This document shows positions 17,741 through 26,557 of a stretch of DNA of 32,000 nucleotides, one piece after another. Location of the stretch: positions 1,950,001 through 1,982,000 of the forward strand of contig NZ_AP012549.1 in the NCBI RefSeq assembly GCF_000829235.1, read 5' to 3'. A program made the position numbers and the translations under genes. The notes beneath the pieces were generated by a model. That model saw only the letters and a list, made by a program, of their open reading frames with translations. It ran no database searches and was not told the origin of the DNA. The stretch's first letter is position 1. Each line of letters opens with the position of its first letter. This DNA comes from a cyanobacterium endosymbiont of Epithemia turgida isolate EtSB Lake Yunoko. GTDB taxonomy: Bacteria; Cyanobacteriota; Cyanobacteriia; Cyanobacteriales; Microcystaceae.

Positions 17741-18022
17741 ACAATAGAGAGTAGGTAGTTAGTGGAGATGGCAAAAGTTGACAACCAATCTTAGCCGTAC
17801 TATCAATGCTCAGCGTGTGGAATATAGTTGTATTTAAATTGATGCCAAATGAGGTGGGTTTTGTACAAGCTTTCCACGATGGCAAAACCTGGGTGATTAG
17901 GCTCTTTTTGCTTTTAGCACGAGAGCGTAAATGTACTTCATGCGATGCGATAAATTGACTAAACTAACATTGATTAAAGCACCAAAAAGGAAATATTTAT
18001 TGATACTCAAAGGAATAAAACC

Positions 18023-19084
18023 ATGATTATTGTTATGAAATCAGGTTCTCCAGAAGCTGAAATCGAACGGATTATTGAAGAAGTTAAACAGATCAACCTG
18101 ACCCCCGAAAAAATTACAGGTGCTCAACAAGTTGTCATTGGCTTGGTGGGAGAAACAGCTACTCTTGAACTTTCTCGCATTGAAGAATTAAGTCTTTGGA
18201 TTCAAGAGGTGTTACGAGTCGGTAAACCTTTCAAACGGGCGAGTCTCGAATTTCGCCATGGACATCATAGTGAAGTGTTAGTTAATACTCCTAATGAAGT
18301 AGTAACCTTTGGCAAAAATCATCCCGTAGTGGTGGTTGCCGGTCCTTGTTCTGTGGAAAATGAAGAAATGATTATCGGAACTGCCATGCAAGTTAAGGCC
18401 GCAGGAGCGAAGTTTTTGCGAGGAGGAGCTTATAAACCTCGTACTTCTCCTTATGCCTTTCAAGGTCATGGAGAAAGTGCTTTAGGATTATTGGCAGCCG
18501 CGCGAGAAGCTAGTGGACTCGGAATCATTACCGAAGTCATGGATACCGCCGATGTGGATAAGGTAGCCGAAGTTGCTGATGTTGTGCAAATTGGAGCTAG
18601 AAATATGCAGAACTTTGCTCTCCTGAAAAAAGTGGGCTCTCAGAATAAACCTGTGTTATTGAAGCGGGGAATGGCAGCTACTATCGATGATTGGTTAATG
18701 GCAGCTGAGTATGTACTAGCAGCAGGAAATAGTAATCTTATTCTCTGTGAACGAGGAATTCGTACTTTTGATCAAAAATATACCCGTAATACTTTAGATT
18801 TTTCAGCTATTCCAGTGTTACGGTCTTTAACCCATTTGCCGATAATGATTGATCCGAGTCATGGAACTGGCAAATCAGATTATGTGCCGTCTATGGCTGC
18901 TGCGGCGATCGCCGCAGGGACAGACTCTTTGATGATTGAAGTTCATCCCAACCCGGCTAAAGCTTTATCTGATGGTCCTCAATCTTTAACCCCAGAAAGA
19001 TTTGACCGCTTGATGCAGGAGTTATCCGTAATGGGCAATACAGTGGGTCGTTGGAGTCAACCTAAAGCTGTTTTTGCCCAATAA
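18023..19084 (+). CDS. 3-deoxy-7-phosphoheptulonate (DAHP) synthase, type I-beta, with an N-terminal ferredoxin-like/ACT-type regulatory domain
   Basis: 353 aa. The N-terminal approx. 70-aa regulatory domain begins [23 protein letters not shown]. The catalytic barrel carries [47 protein letters not shown] and [11 protein letters not shown]. Confidence 0.92.
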   Translation: MIIVMKSGSPEAEIERIIEEVKQINLTPEKITGAQQVVIGLVGETATLELSRIEELSLWIQEVLRVGKPFKRASLEFRHGHHSEVLVNTPNEVVTFGKNHPVVVVAGPCSVENEEMIIGTAMQVKAAGAKFLRGGAYKPRTSPYAFQGHGESALGLLAAAREASGLGIITEVMDTADVDKVAEVADVVQIGARNMQNFALLKKVGSQNKPVLLKRGMAATIDDWLMAAEYVLAAGNSNLILCERGIRTFDQKYTRNTLDFSAIPVLRSLTHLPIMIDPSHGTGKSDYVPSMAAAAIAAGTDSLMIEVHPNPAKALSDGPQSLTPERFDRLMQELSVMGNTVGRWSQPKAVFAQ

Positions 19085-19134
19085 CTCTAACTCAAATAAC
19101 TCACAGATTAGTTATCCATTGCTATGAAGGTAAA

Positions 19135-19162
19135 GTAGTGGCTGATGGTAGTTAGCCGCTAC
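19135..19162. terminator. 9-bp stem (one G-U pair) / 10-nt loop between the convergent DAHP synthase gene and the kaiB remnant. Weak terminator candidate.
   Basis: gtagtggct-gatggtagtt-agccgctac, read directly. No strong U-tract. Confidence 0.3.
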
Positions 19163-19212
19163 TCAAAAATTCACCTATACAGTAGAGTAGCTTATCTAAA
19201 AATAGTTAAGTA

Positions 19213-19476
19213 TTAAATGCTTGAAACAAGTTGTAATATTCTAGGGGGATCTTCTAACTCTCCCATGATGCACCTTACTGGTTTAGAACAAAAACGAATA
19301 AAAGTTAGTCTGGCTGTGATATTATGAGCTTCGGCTTCGTCTGGGTGTTTAGAAATATCAATAACTTTAAGAGTGTAGGGATGTTCCAATTCCTTTTCAA
19401 TCAACCTATGAATAATTTATAAGGTTTGTTTTGTCGTGGCGCTATTTCCCACTATAAAAAGACGTGAAATATATCC
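19213..19476 (-). pseudogene. kaiB: kaiB-family (circadian clock protein KaiB-like) pseudogene with an in-frame TAA and no recognisable start codon
   Basis: Minus-strand translation: GYISRLFIVGNSATTKQTL*IIHRLIEKELEHPYTLKVIDISKHPDEAEAHNITARLTFIRFCSKPVRCIMGELEDPPRILQLVSSI*. The recalled KaiB sequence is [76 protein letters not shown]. The in-frame TAA is at 19417-19419. A 10-bp tandem duplication atatccttat/atatccttaa (19471-19490) sits at the expected start. Confidence 0.75.
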
Positions 19477-19486
19477 TTATATATCC

Positions 19487-19967
19487 TTAATAAATTTTTA
19501 TAGAATCTGTTTTATCTGATACAGAAAAACCTAACTGATGCTGGGACTCTTGGGTGCGATAACAGTCCCAAGACACAATAAAATCATGATTGTCCCACAG
19601 TTGAGGAAATTCGTCTTGATAGGTTTCTAAGGTAATTGGGTTACAAGCTTCCTCTTGCCAGGTTACTGTCTGCCAAGTTAGTTAAGTCAGTAATCCCAAA
19701 TACGGAATTCAATAGGGGTAGATAAAGTTCAGCAAGGGTTTTAACCTTGCCGTCTGTCTTAGAAAACCGACAATTGATGGTAGCTGTATAATCAGGAATT
19801 AAAAAATGAGGAAGTTCAGGTAAGTGTAATAATTCCTGCAAAGCTACACATAAATGAGAGTGCCATTTAACTCACTTTGTGCGATCACAACAATAAACTA
19901 GATCTCCTCCGGGGGTGAAAAGAGCAATGCCTTTAAAAAATTAAATTGGAACCACAGAAGTCATCAT
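19487..19967 (-). pseudogene. Degraded ORF of unknown family (about 160 codons) immediately upstream of the kaiB remnant, with two in-frame stops and one frameshift
   Basis: Minus strand: MMTSVVPI*FFKGIALFTPGGDLVYCCDRTK*VKWHSHLCVALQELLHLPELPHFLIPDYTATINCRFSKTDGKVKTLAELYLP... This is followed after a frame change by EACNPITLETYQDEFPQLWDNHDFIVSWDCYRTQESQHQLGFSVSDKTDSIKIY*. The length is 481 nt (3n+1). Confidence 0.5.
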
Positions 19968-20239
19968 AGATTTAGAAGTTTCCGGTTCAAAATTATTAAG
20001 TTTTGATAAAAAAATAAGGATGAAGATATTAGTAGATTATTAACCCTATTTTATACAAATAAATAATTTTTTATCCTCACTTTGTTGAGTAAGTATTGCT
20101 CAACATTTTAACTCGTAACATTATGACTATTTCATTAGGAATGGAGGTATCCTCTAAGGCTATATCTTCAGTGATTCGCCTTTTTTTATAGAAATTCAAC
20201 AAAAACTAATTCCTGGTGAGTATGCCACTAGTCATGTTG

Positions 20240-20502
20240 TTATATCATCCGTTTTTCATTAATTAATTCCGCGAATTTGTCATATTTACCTTGAATAAGG
20301 TAGTCTTTAATGGTTTCCGTATTGAGCAAAATATCATGGTGAACAGCTAGTTTCCTCTCGATTGTTCGACATGATTTTTGGGAAAAATAGCTGCTAAAGA
20401 CTCAGCCATCGCCACCCCTATAGTTTTGTGTTCTTCGGCTGTATATAGAAGAATCAATCCTAGAGTTTTCACTGCAGTGTTGTTATAGATGATTCCCATC
20501 AT
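20240..20502 (-). pseudogene. Degraded short ORF (about 87 codons, one frameshift), family unknown
   Basis: MMGIIYNNTAVKTLGLILLYTAEEHKTIGVAMAESLAAIFPKNHVEQ, then after a frame change ERKLAVHHDILLNTETIKDYLIQGKYDKFAELINEKRMI*. The length is 263 nt (3n+2). Confidence 0.35.
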
Positions 20503-21706
20503 CTCATAATACTAAATCCAGCTGCAAGAACCAACTTAATAATCAATTTAACTCTGTATTTTAGTCTATTTTAAATCTAAATTAGTTGGTGTAAATCTGA
20601 CACAAGTTTTAACCTAGTTGAATAAGATTTATACTTTCATATTTAGTTTATAGTTAATTAGCTTTCTTGGTTTGATAATTCTTATCAAGAAATATCTCCG
20701 CTTCTAAACAATTTCGTTCTAAGCGTAATTTAACGACTTTTATAACTACCATTGCTAATTTATATTCATCCTATTTTATTTTTTGCCATTAGTTCTTAAT
20801 TATGGGAAATAAAAATATGATTTTTATATTGGAAACTATTATAAGCTAGTCAATATTTAAACTATTTTTCTATTGTCAATAAATCGCATCTATTAAACCT
20901 GTTTCTTTTGAATATTCAATTTTTGTTTATTCCCCTTATAAATCAACTAAAAGTGATTGTTTACTGAAGATTAAAGCATAATTCATCTAGACTTTTCAAC
21001 GGATTTATCCTACAGCTTAGTAGAGTATACAATAATTTCATTATAAATTATTGTGCGCACTGTTGAGGAAGCTTATTTTAATAGATGAATGGCAATTTTC
21101 TCCACCCTATTGTTGATAATTCCCATCACACTAGCTCTATCTTTTTTTCTTTGAAAAACTTTTTGCTCTTTACTCAACTAAAATAAGATCCTTTACTGCT
21201 ACAACTTCAAGAATATTCTTAAACGAATAGATGACATTAGTTCATTATAGTCCTTATTGCTAACTTCTTCAACATAATTTTGATTCTGTTTATGGCGGTT
21301 ACTTTTAAACCTGTAACAAGCATTCTACTTACTCAAGTATCTTCTTAGTGTCTTAGAAAGAAATTGACTTGTATTAAGAAATATAAACACTATATAATTT
21401 GTTAACCTTTTCTCCAGGGAACTTTTGAGTGAGTTAATTTTTGATGTGAAAGATCGCTCACTTGGAGTCCAGGTCAACTTATATACTGATTCTGTCTGAA
21501 TTAAAAGATCGAGATAAATTGTATATTTTGAAACTCCAAAATTTTTTCTGCAATAAATCTTAATAACTACCAGATAAAATCATCTAAAAATGTAAATTTT
21601 CTTTTCAAGATACTCATCTTTTCTCCAATTTATCTATACTAAATTTTAAGCATTATATTTCCAATAGTTTTACTAGTTTTACTAATTTGCTCTGGAGGAA
21701 AGTTTT

Positions 21707-22078
21707 ATGGAAATTATACAAAAGTCAAGTTTTGGAAGACATTATTCGTTAACTTTTGTTAAAAGTTTTTTAATATGGAGTTTTACTCTAACAGTTTGTT
21801 TGTTGGTGGTAGGATTTCCTCTGATTGTCTTAATGACAACTGTGGGAGCATTAGGGTCGGTAATTTTACAGTCTGTATTACCTGTTAGCGCAGTTTTACT
21901 GGTAGCTGGTTCTCTGATTGGAGCTAATCTATTAGCTATTCTTTTAGCCGCAGCTATGTTGACATTGAAGGGGGTTCATCCTCAAGAAGTCAGTTGGCTC
22001 AGATGGCTGCATGGCGATGCTAAACCGTCCCATAGTTCAGTTTATGCTTCTTGTCCTTTAACCTGTAATGTCGTTTAG
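21707..22078 (+). CDS. Hypothetical integral membrane protein (2-3 TM helices, Cys-containing tail)
   Basis: 123-aa ORF with GGAGG 9 nt upstream of the ATG. Hydrophobic segments: FLIWSFTLTVCLLVVGFPLIVLMTTVGALGSVIL and VLLVAGSLIGANLLAILLAAAML. A strong hairpin follows. Confidence 0.5.
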   Translation: MEIIQKSSFGRHYSLTFVKSFLIWSFTLTVCLLVVGFPLIVLMTTVGALGSVILQSVLPVSAVLLVAGSLIGANLLAILLAAAMLTLKGVHPQEVSWLRWLHGDAKPSHSSVYASCPLTCNVV

Positions 22079-22088
22079 ATAGTGATTA

Positions 22089-22123
22089 GCCTAACTGACG
22101 TATTATAAATACGTCAGTTAGGC
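22089..22123. terminator. 16-bp perfect stem / 3-nt loop between convergent genes (candidate bidirectional terminator)
   Basis: gcctaactgacgtatt-ata-aatacgtcagttaggc, read directly. It lies 11 nt after the stop of the 21707 ORF and 46 nt after the birA stop. Confidence 0.55.
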
Positions 22124-22168
22124 CCGGCAGATACTAGTTTTTCTGTATCTTCTTCAAGATTTATTAGC

Positions 22169-22987
22169 CTAACTATTATTACCGCTAGATAGAATGTCCC
22201 TATATCCTAAAGAGATACTTTTTGGGGGTAGGTTGATATGTGTTTTAGCTCCTGGAGATTGTAAACGCACCTGTAATTCTCCTTGGGATGTTACACCAAC
22301 GATTGTTCCCTTAATACCTTCAACTTCTACAGGATGCCCTAAGCTATCAAGTAATTTAAGATAGTTGTTCAACAGGTGACCGCAGCCTTGCTCAAGATAG
22401 CATTGATAACCATTAAAGATTCCGGTGAGAGTAATAGCTGCAAGTTTTTCCAAACAGGAAATAGAACAAAACTCCTGAGTTCTACTCCAAGATTGTAAAG
22501 TAATCCCCGTGGGGGGAACAGTGTTAGACCAATTGATTCCTACTCCGATCACTGCATGGGTAATATACCTATTGCGGACACGTATTTCGATTTTGATCCC
22601 CCCTAATTTCCGACCTTCGAGAATGAAATCATTAGGCCACTTTAATTTAACGGCAATCTGATGTTTCTGTAAAAGGTTAGCAATACCCCAAGCACTCAAT
22701 AGGGTTATATGGAAAGCATCCTTAACTAAAATTTGGGGAGTAATAGCAACAGACAGATAGAGTCCCCCAGGGGAAGATTGCCAAATGCGTCCCCATTGTC
22801 CTCGTCCTGCAGTTTGCTCAGCGGCGATTGCCACAACTGGTAGATTATCTTCCATATCTATAAAATCCCAAAGAATTTCATTGGTAGAAGGAATCTTTTT
22901 GAAACAATAGAAATTCTGAGGTAAAAAATGAGAAGTATTTGCTAGTTGGATGAGTTCTTTGCGTAGTTTGTCTTTATTAATAGCCAT
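22169..22987 (-). CDS. birA: Biotin--[acetyl-CoA-carboxylase] ligase (group I BirA, no DNA-binding domain)
   Basis: I take the start at the internal ATG (MAINKDKLRKELIQL...), giving 272 aa. The biotin-binding loop is QTAGRGQWGRIWQSSPGGLYLS, with KWPNDFILEGRKLGGIKIE. The longer ORF-track version runs across the divergent pgeF start and has no BirA-like sequence. Confidence 0.88.
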   Translation of the reverse strand: MAINKDKLRKELIQLANTSHFLPQNFYCFKKIPSTNEILWDFIDMEDNLPVVAIAAEQTAGRGQWGRIWQSSPGGLYLSVAITPQILVKDAFHITLLSAWGIANLLQKHQIAVKLKWPNDFILEGRKLGGIKIEIRVRNRYITHAVIGVGINWSNTVPPTGITLQSWSRTQEFCSISCLEKLAAITLTGIFNGYQCYLEQGCGHLLNNYLKLLDSLGHPVEVEGIKGTIVGVTSQGELQVRLQSPGAKTHINLPPKSISLGYRDILSSGNNS

Positions 22988-23070
22988 GAAAATGTCCAGT
23001 CCCAATATAATATTTCTAACTTCTGTCATTTGATAAAATTGACCCAAGATTAAAAATTGAGGTAATAGCT

Positions 23071-23904
23071 GTGATTTCTTCCTTAAATCGTCAAACCCAA
23101 ACCCCCATTTGGCAATGGCAACAATGGGATGGACTCCCCTATTTGACTTGTACCTTGCTCCAAGCTTGGAAACATGGCTTTTTGACCCAACAGTTTTCTC
23201 CCCGTCTTCCTGAAAATTTAACAGAAGTTTTACATCCAAACGCAACAACCTATAGGGTTAAGCAGGTTCATGGCTGTCGGGTGTTGACTGCAACAGAAGT
23301 TAAGAAACAAATAACAACAAAGACTCCAAAAGATACCTTTCCTTCTGCTGACGGATTAATCACTGATGATAAGAATCAAGCTATTTGGGTCGCTAGTGCT
23401 GATTGTACCCCCGTGTTAGTCGGAGACATTAAGACTCACCGAGTAGCAGCTATTCATGCAGGATGGCGAGGCACTGCACAACGTATTGTTCCTGAAGCTA
23501 TTGCCTATTTTCAACATTTTGGAAGTACCTTAGATAATCTCCGCATTGCCATGGGTCCAGCCATCTCAGGAGAAGTTTATCAAGTTTCGGAACAGGTGGC
23601 AGCCGAAGTGGGGTCAAGTCTATTCAAAACAGAAGAAAAAAGCAGTCCCCAGGAAATTTTAGAAGCTTTACGTACTATGTTTGACTCTCCAATTTTACCT
23701 GATCCAAAACCTGGACGGGTACGACTGGATGTACGACGGGTTAACGAATTGCAGTTATACGAATTAGGGATTAAGACAGACCAAATAGCGATAGCCCCCC
23801 ATTGTACCTATCAAGAACCCGATGATTTCTTTTCCTATCGACGCACTAAACAAAAGAAAGTCCAATGGTCAGGAATTGTTTGTGGGGACTACTTGAAACA
23901 ATAA
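23071..23904 (+). CDS. pgeF: YfiH/PgeF family (DUF152, laccase-domain / peptidoglycan editing factor / purine nucleoside phosphorylase) protein. Starts with GTG.
   Basis: 277 aa. Motifs: LPYLTCTLLQAWKHGFLTQQF, KQVHG, ADGLIT, SADCTPVLV, AIHAGWRGTAQRIV, CTYQEPDDFFSYRR. GAGG lies 9 nt upstream. Confidence 0.9.
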   Translation: MISSLNRQTQTPIWQWQQWDGLPYLTCTLLQAWKHGFLTQQFSPRLPENLTEVLHPNATTYRVKQVHGCRVLTATEVKKQITTKTPKDTFPSADGLITDDKNQAIWVASADCTPVLVGDIKTHRVAAIHAGWRGTAQRIVPEAIAYFQHFGSTLDNLRIAMGPAISGEVYQVSEQVAAEVGSSLFKTEEKSSPQEILEALRTMFDSPILPDPKPGRVRLDVRRVNELQLYELGIKTDQIAIAPHCTYQEPDDFFSYRRTKQKKVQWSGIVCGDYLKQ

Positions 23905-23970
23905 AATTGCGAAGACTTGCTGGTATGACTTCGTATGTTATCAAAGGTAAGTCAAAAAGATTATAGTTAC

Positions 23971-24979
23971 TTAAACCCCTGTACGACCTAGCGCTAACCC
24001 CGTAGCCAAAATTCCTAAAACCAGAAATGATTGTGCGCTGGATTGATATTTAACATTCTCTTGCAAAGAATCACTTGGAAAATACACATTTTGGAGGGTA
24101 ATTTGAGGAATCACCAATGATAATAACATGAATGCATAAAGATTTTGATGGATATATATTTTAGATAGCCAGCAACCCCGACTTTAAATAAATTAATCAT
24201 AATTACACAAATTAAAGCTACTATATTGATTCTAAACATAACCGGAAGGGAATTTAGCCCTAGCTGACGATCACCCTCGACATTCTTAAAATTATTAACA
24301 ACTGCAATGCCCAAACCTGCAAAACTATAGAACAGGGTTAGGATCACAATTGTCCAATTTAAGTCTCCAAATAAAGCGTGACCGTCCGGCCCACCAAGGT
24401 AAAGCAATGTAACTTGCACCAAGGGCATAATTCCCTAAGCAGCTATTTTGTTTCAATTTGAAAGGAGGGGCTGAGTAGATATAAGAAGCCACAAGTGCGC
24501 CTCCTAGGGTCAAAGAAAACATGGTTTGGAACTCATAAGCTGCCCAGATATCTAAAGCGTATTCTAGTGCTATTAGGGCTAGGCCTAATAGCACTAGAAT
24601 TTGAGTGACTACTTGAGTAACAGAAATTGCTCCTGACGGAATAGGACGATAGGGTTCATTAATAACATCGATTTCACGGTGATAAAAATCATTAAAATCC
24701 TTAGTAGTTTGAGTGTAGTCAGCCATCAATAGTCCTGAAAGCAACATACAAGCGGCTATTTTGAGGACATTTTCGAGCATCCAGACAATACCCTCCTGAT
24801 AAGGCTGCGCCACAGACTATGTTCCAAATCAGGAGAATCCAGGTGATGGGTTTCATCAATTGCAGTCGTAATTTCCAAATTAATGTTTCCCCGGGGTCCG
24901 CCCCTTTCATACCTAGTAGTTGACGGGTATTCTTCTTCTCATCTTCAGGCTGAGATACAGAAAATTCAGACATAAGCAA
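23971..24979 (-). pseudogene. chlG: chlG (chlorophyll a synthase, UbiA prenyltransferase family) pseudogene: near full length with at least 3 frameshifts and a damaged Asp-rich motif
   Basis: Four consecutive frame segments match ChlG in order:
- TRQLLGMKGADPGETLIWKLRLQLMKPITWILLIWNIVCGAALSGGY
- LKIAACMLLSGLLMADYTQTTKDFNDFYHREIDVINEPYRPIPSGAISV...YIYSAPPFKLKQNSCLGNYALGASYIALPWWAG
- GHALFGDLNWTIVILTLFYSFAGLGIAVVNNFKNVEGDRQLGLNSLPVMF...AGYL
- LLSLVIPQITLQNVYFPSDSLQENVKYQSSAQSFLVLGILATGLALGRTGV*
The first catalytic motif is recalled as NDFYDRDIDAINEP. Here it reads KDFNDFYHREIDVINEP. The likely original ATG is at 24973. Confidence 0.92.
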
Positions 24980-25060
24980 TTATGAATCAATACAATAGCA
25001 TTCTAATGATGAATTCCTAAGAAACTGAATCAAGAGCGTATTTGGAATACACCCCTGGAA

Positions 25061-26158
25061 TTAGAAAGAAATAATTAAATAGTGATTTTGGAATTTTGCA
25101 CCTCTAACAGGTTGTCTCCGTAAAGGCACAGGTAGCTCAATATTTCGCCGTTGATCTCCTGCTTCAATAGTAATTTCTGGACCATATTGAGTTAATTTAA
25201 TTTGATTTTTATCGAATCCTGGCAAAAACACCCGAACTTCTCTAGAAACTGCATCGACTGTAATAGGTTGTGGGGGCATAGAATCAGCGAGAAAATCTGG
25301 TAAAGCATCTTGTAGGGATTGCCAATCTGTTCCCGTCGGTTGGGAAATAACTGTTACTGATAAAGGAGAAAATTCCTGGGACAGAGAATCAATAAGTTTA
25401 CCTTTATGAACCAAAACCCCTTTAACTATTAACCCCACCTGTTGAGCACAACCCCAGTAATATTTAGTCTGAGCAATCGCCAATTCGTCATCAGTGGTCA
25501 CTAAATAGGTTGCCACATGTTTAGGATCAGCCAAAGCATTTTTCCATTTCCCTAAAATATCATTGGCGTGATTAGTAGGTTCAGTAGCAGGATCATTAGG
25601 CGTCCAAGAGACATTTAAGATGGCACTAATGATGGGTTGAATAAAGGGGGAAAGTGTTTTGCCAACATCTGATTCTTTCAATACCTGACCAAATCGCCGC
25701 AGATACCAACTGAGGATTTCTGGAATTCCAAACATCCGTATGGTACTTAAAGGACTGTCACCGTCGTAGACAATAACATCGTACTTGCAGCTTTGGTAAT
25801 ATTCCCATAAAGCGTTGAGGAACAAGGCTCTATCTATCCCTGGCAAAATACCCAATTCTTGACCATAGATATTTTGCAAAGTCGGCGACCGCAAATATTG
25901 GGATTCTAATTCTTTAACTTTTTCCCATCCTTTCTCTAACAGAAAAGTTGAGGATAACTTAACTGCCATTAAATTAGGCGACACTTCTGTTGGGAAAGTA
26001 TTCACAGGGGTTTCAAGTAAAGTGCTCAAAGTCGGTCCAGGGTTTTGTCCCACCAAGAGAACTCGTAACCCTAAATTGGATAGTTTTTGGGCAGTTGCGA
26101 TCGACACTAAACTTTGATGACTATCGCCTTTACCTAAAAAAGTCAAAATCAAAGTCAT
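25061..26158 (-). CDS. ArsA/Get3-family ATPase-like protein with a C-terminal HSP20/CS-like domain and a strongly degenerate P-loop
   Basis: 365 aa. N-terminus: MTLILTFLGKGDSHQSLVSIATAQKLSNLGLRVLLVGQNPGP. Family members carry GKGG-x-G(K/R)TT at this position. Also DVIVYDGDSPLSTIRMFGIPEILSWYLRRF, and a C-terminal beta-sandwich-like VRVFLPGFDKNQIKLTQYGPEITIEAGDQRRNIELP. Confidence 0.75.
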   Translation of the reverse strand: MTLILTFLGKGDSHQSLVSIATAQKLSNLGLRVLLVGQNPGPTLSTLLETPVNTFPTEVSPNLMAVKLSSTFLLEKGWEKVKELESQYLRSPTLQNIYGQELGILPGIDRALFLNALWEYYQSCKYDVIVYDGDSPLSTIRMFGIPEILSWYLRRFGQVLKESDVGKTLSPFIQPIISAILNVSWTPNDPATEPTNHANDILGKWKNALADPKHVATYLVTTDDELAIAQTKYYWGCAQQVGLIVKGVLVHKGKLIDSLSQEFSPLSVTVISQPTGTDWQSLQDALPDFLADSMPPQPITVDAVSREVRVFLPGFDKNQIKLTQYGPEITIEAGDQRRNIELPVPLRRQPVRGAKFQNHYLIISF

Positions 26159-26184
26159 GGGAACTCCTAATTAATCTTCATTGG

Positions 26185-26379
26185 CTATTCAACTGGCTTT
26201 AGTTCATCTTCAAAAAACCAAACCGCAGTTTTATCTGCAAACTGAACAATTGCCCCAATGCCGCTCCCATCAGTCATTTTAAAGTTCTTAACGGTTCCTT
26301 GTTGACCTAGTTTATTGAAAATATCTTTGGATACTCGATCTTGAAGACGGTAAATTTGAACTTTCTGTCCGATTTTCAT
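26185..26379 (-). CDS. Small SH3-like protein, DUF2862 / cytochrome b6f-associated PetP-like
   Basis: 64 aa: MKIGQKVQIYRLQDRVSKDIFNKLGQQGTVKNFKMTDGSGIGAIVQFADKTAVWFFEDELKPVE. The pattern (GxKVxVxRLRDRV...KxTDGxGxGxxVxFxD...WFFExEL) matches my recollection of the cyanobacterial PetP family. This assignment needs HMM confirmation. Confidence 0.55.
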   Translation of the reverse strand: MKIGQKVQIYRLQDRVSKDIFNKLGQQGTVKNFKMTDGSGIGAIVQFADKTAVWFFEDELKPVE

Positions 26380-26502
26380 GTTCTCTTAATTTCAATCAAA
26401 GTAATGAAACACTCCTTAGTGTAGCCGAATACGGACCTATGTTCATCCTAAAAAATCAGTTAGAATCTAGGCGTCTACCAATAAACGACTCGACAAAGGT
26501 GC

Positions 26503-26531
26503 TTGACATTGAATACAATACCCCTTTAAAT
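26503..26531 (+). promoter_or_regulatory. Candidate sigma70-type promoter of the ABC-2 exporter operon
   Basis: TTGACA (26503-26508), a 17-nt spacer, then TTAAAT (26526-26531), 27 nt upstream of the permease ATG. AT-rich context makes chance matches likely. Confidence 0.4.
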
Positions 26532-26557
26532 CATGATTCATCATTTCGATTCCCATT

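Noticed and set aside
17778-17806. TTGACA-17 nt-TATCAA promoter-like pair upstream of the DAHP synthase gene
   Set aside because: The motif is good, but it lies about 220 nt from the start codon in AT-rich DNA where such matches are frequent. The surrounding sequence also contains a short frameshifted minus-strand ORF (MKYIYALVLKAK...). It is not reported as a feature.
24111-24979. Three overlapping minus-strand ORFs treated as three separate genes
   Set aside because: They align consecutively to one protein (ChlG) and overlap only because of frameshifts. They form a single pseudogene.
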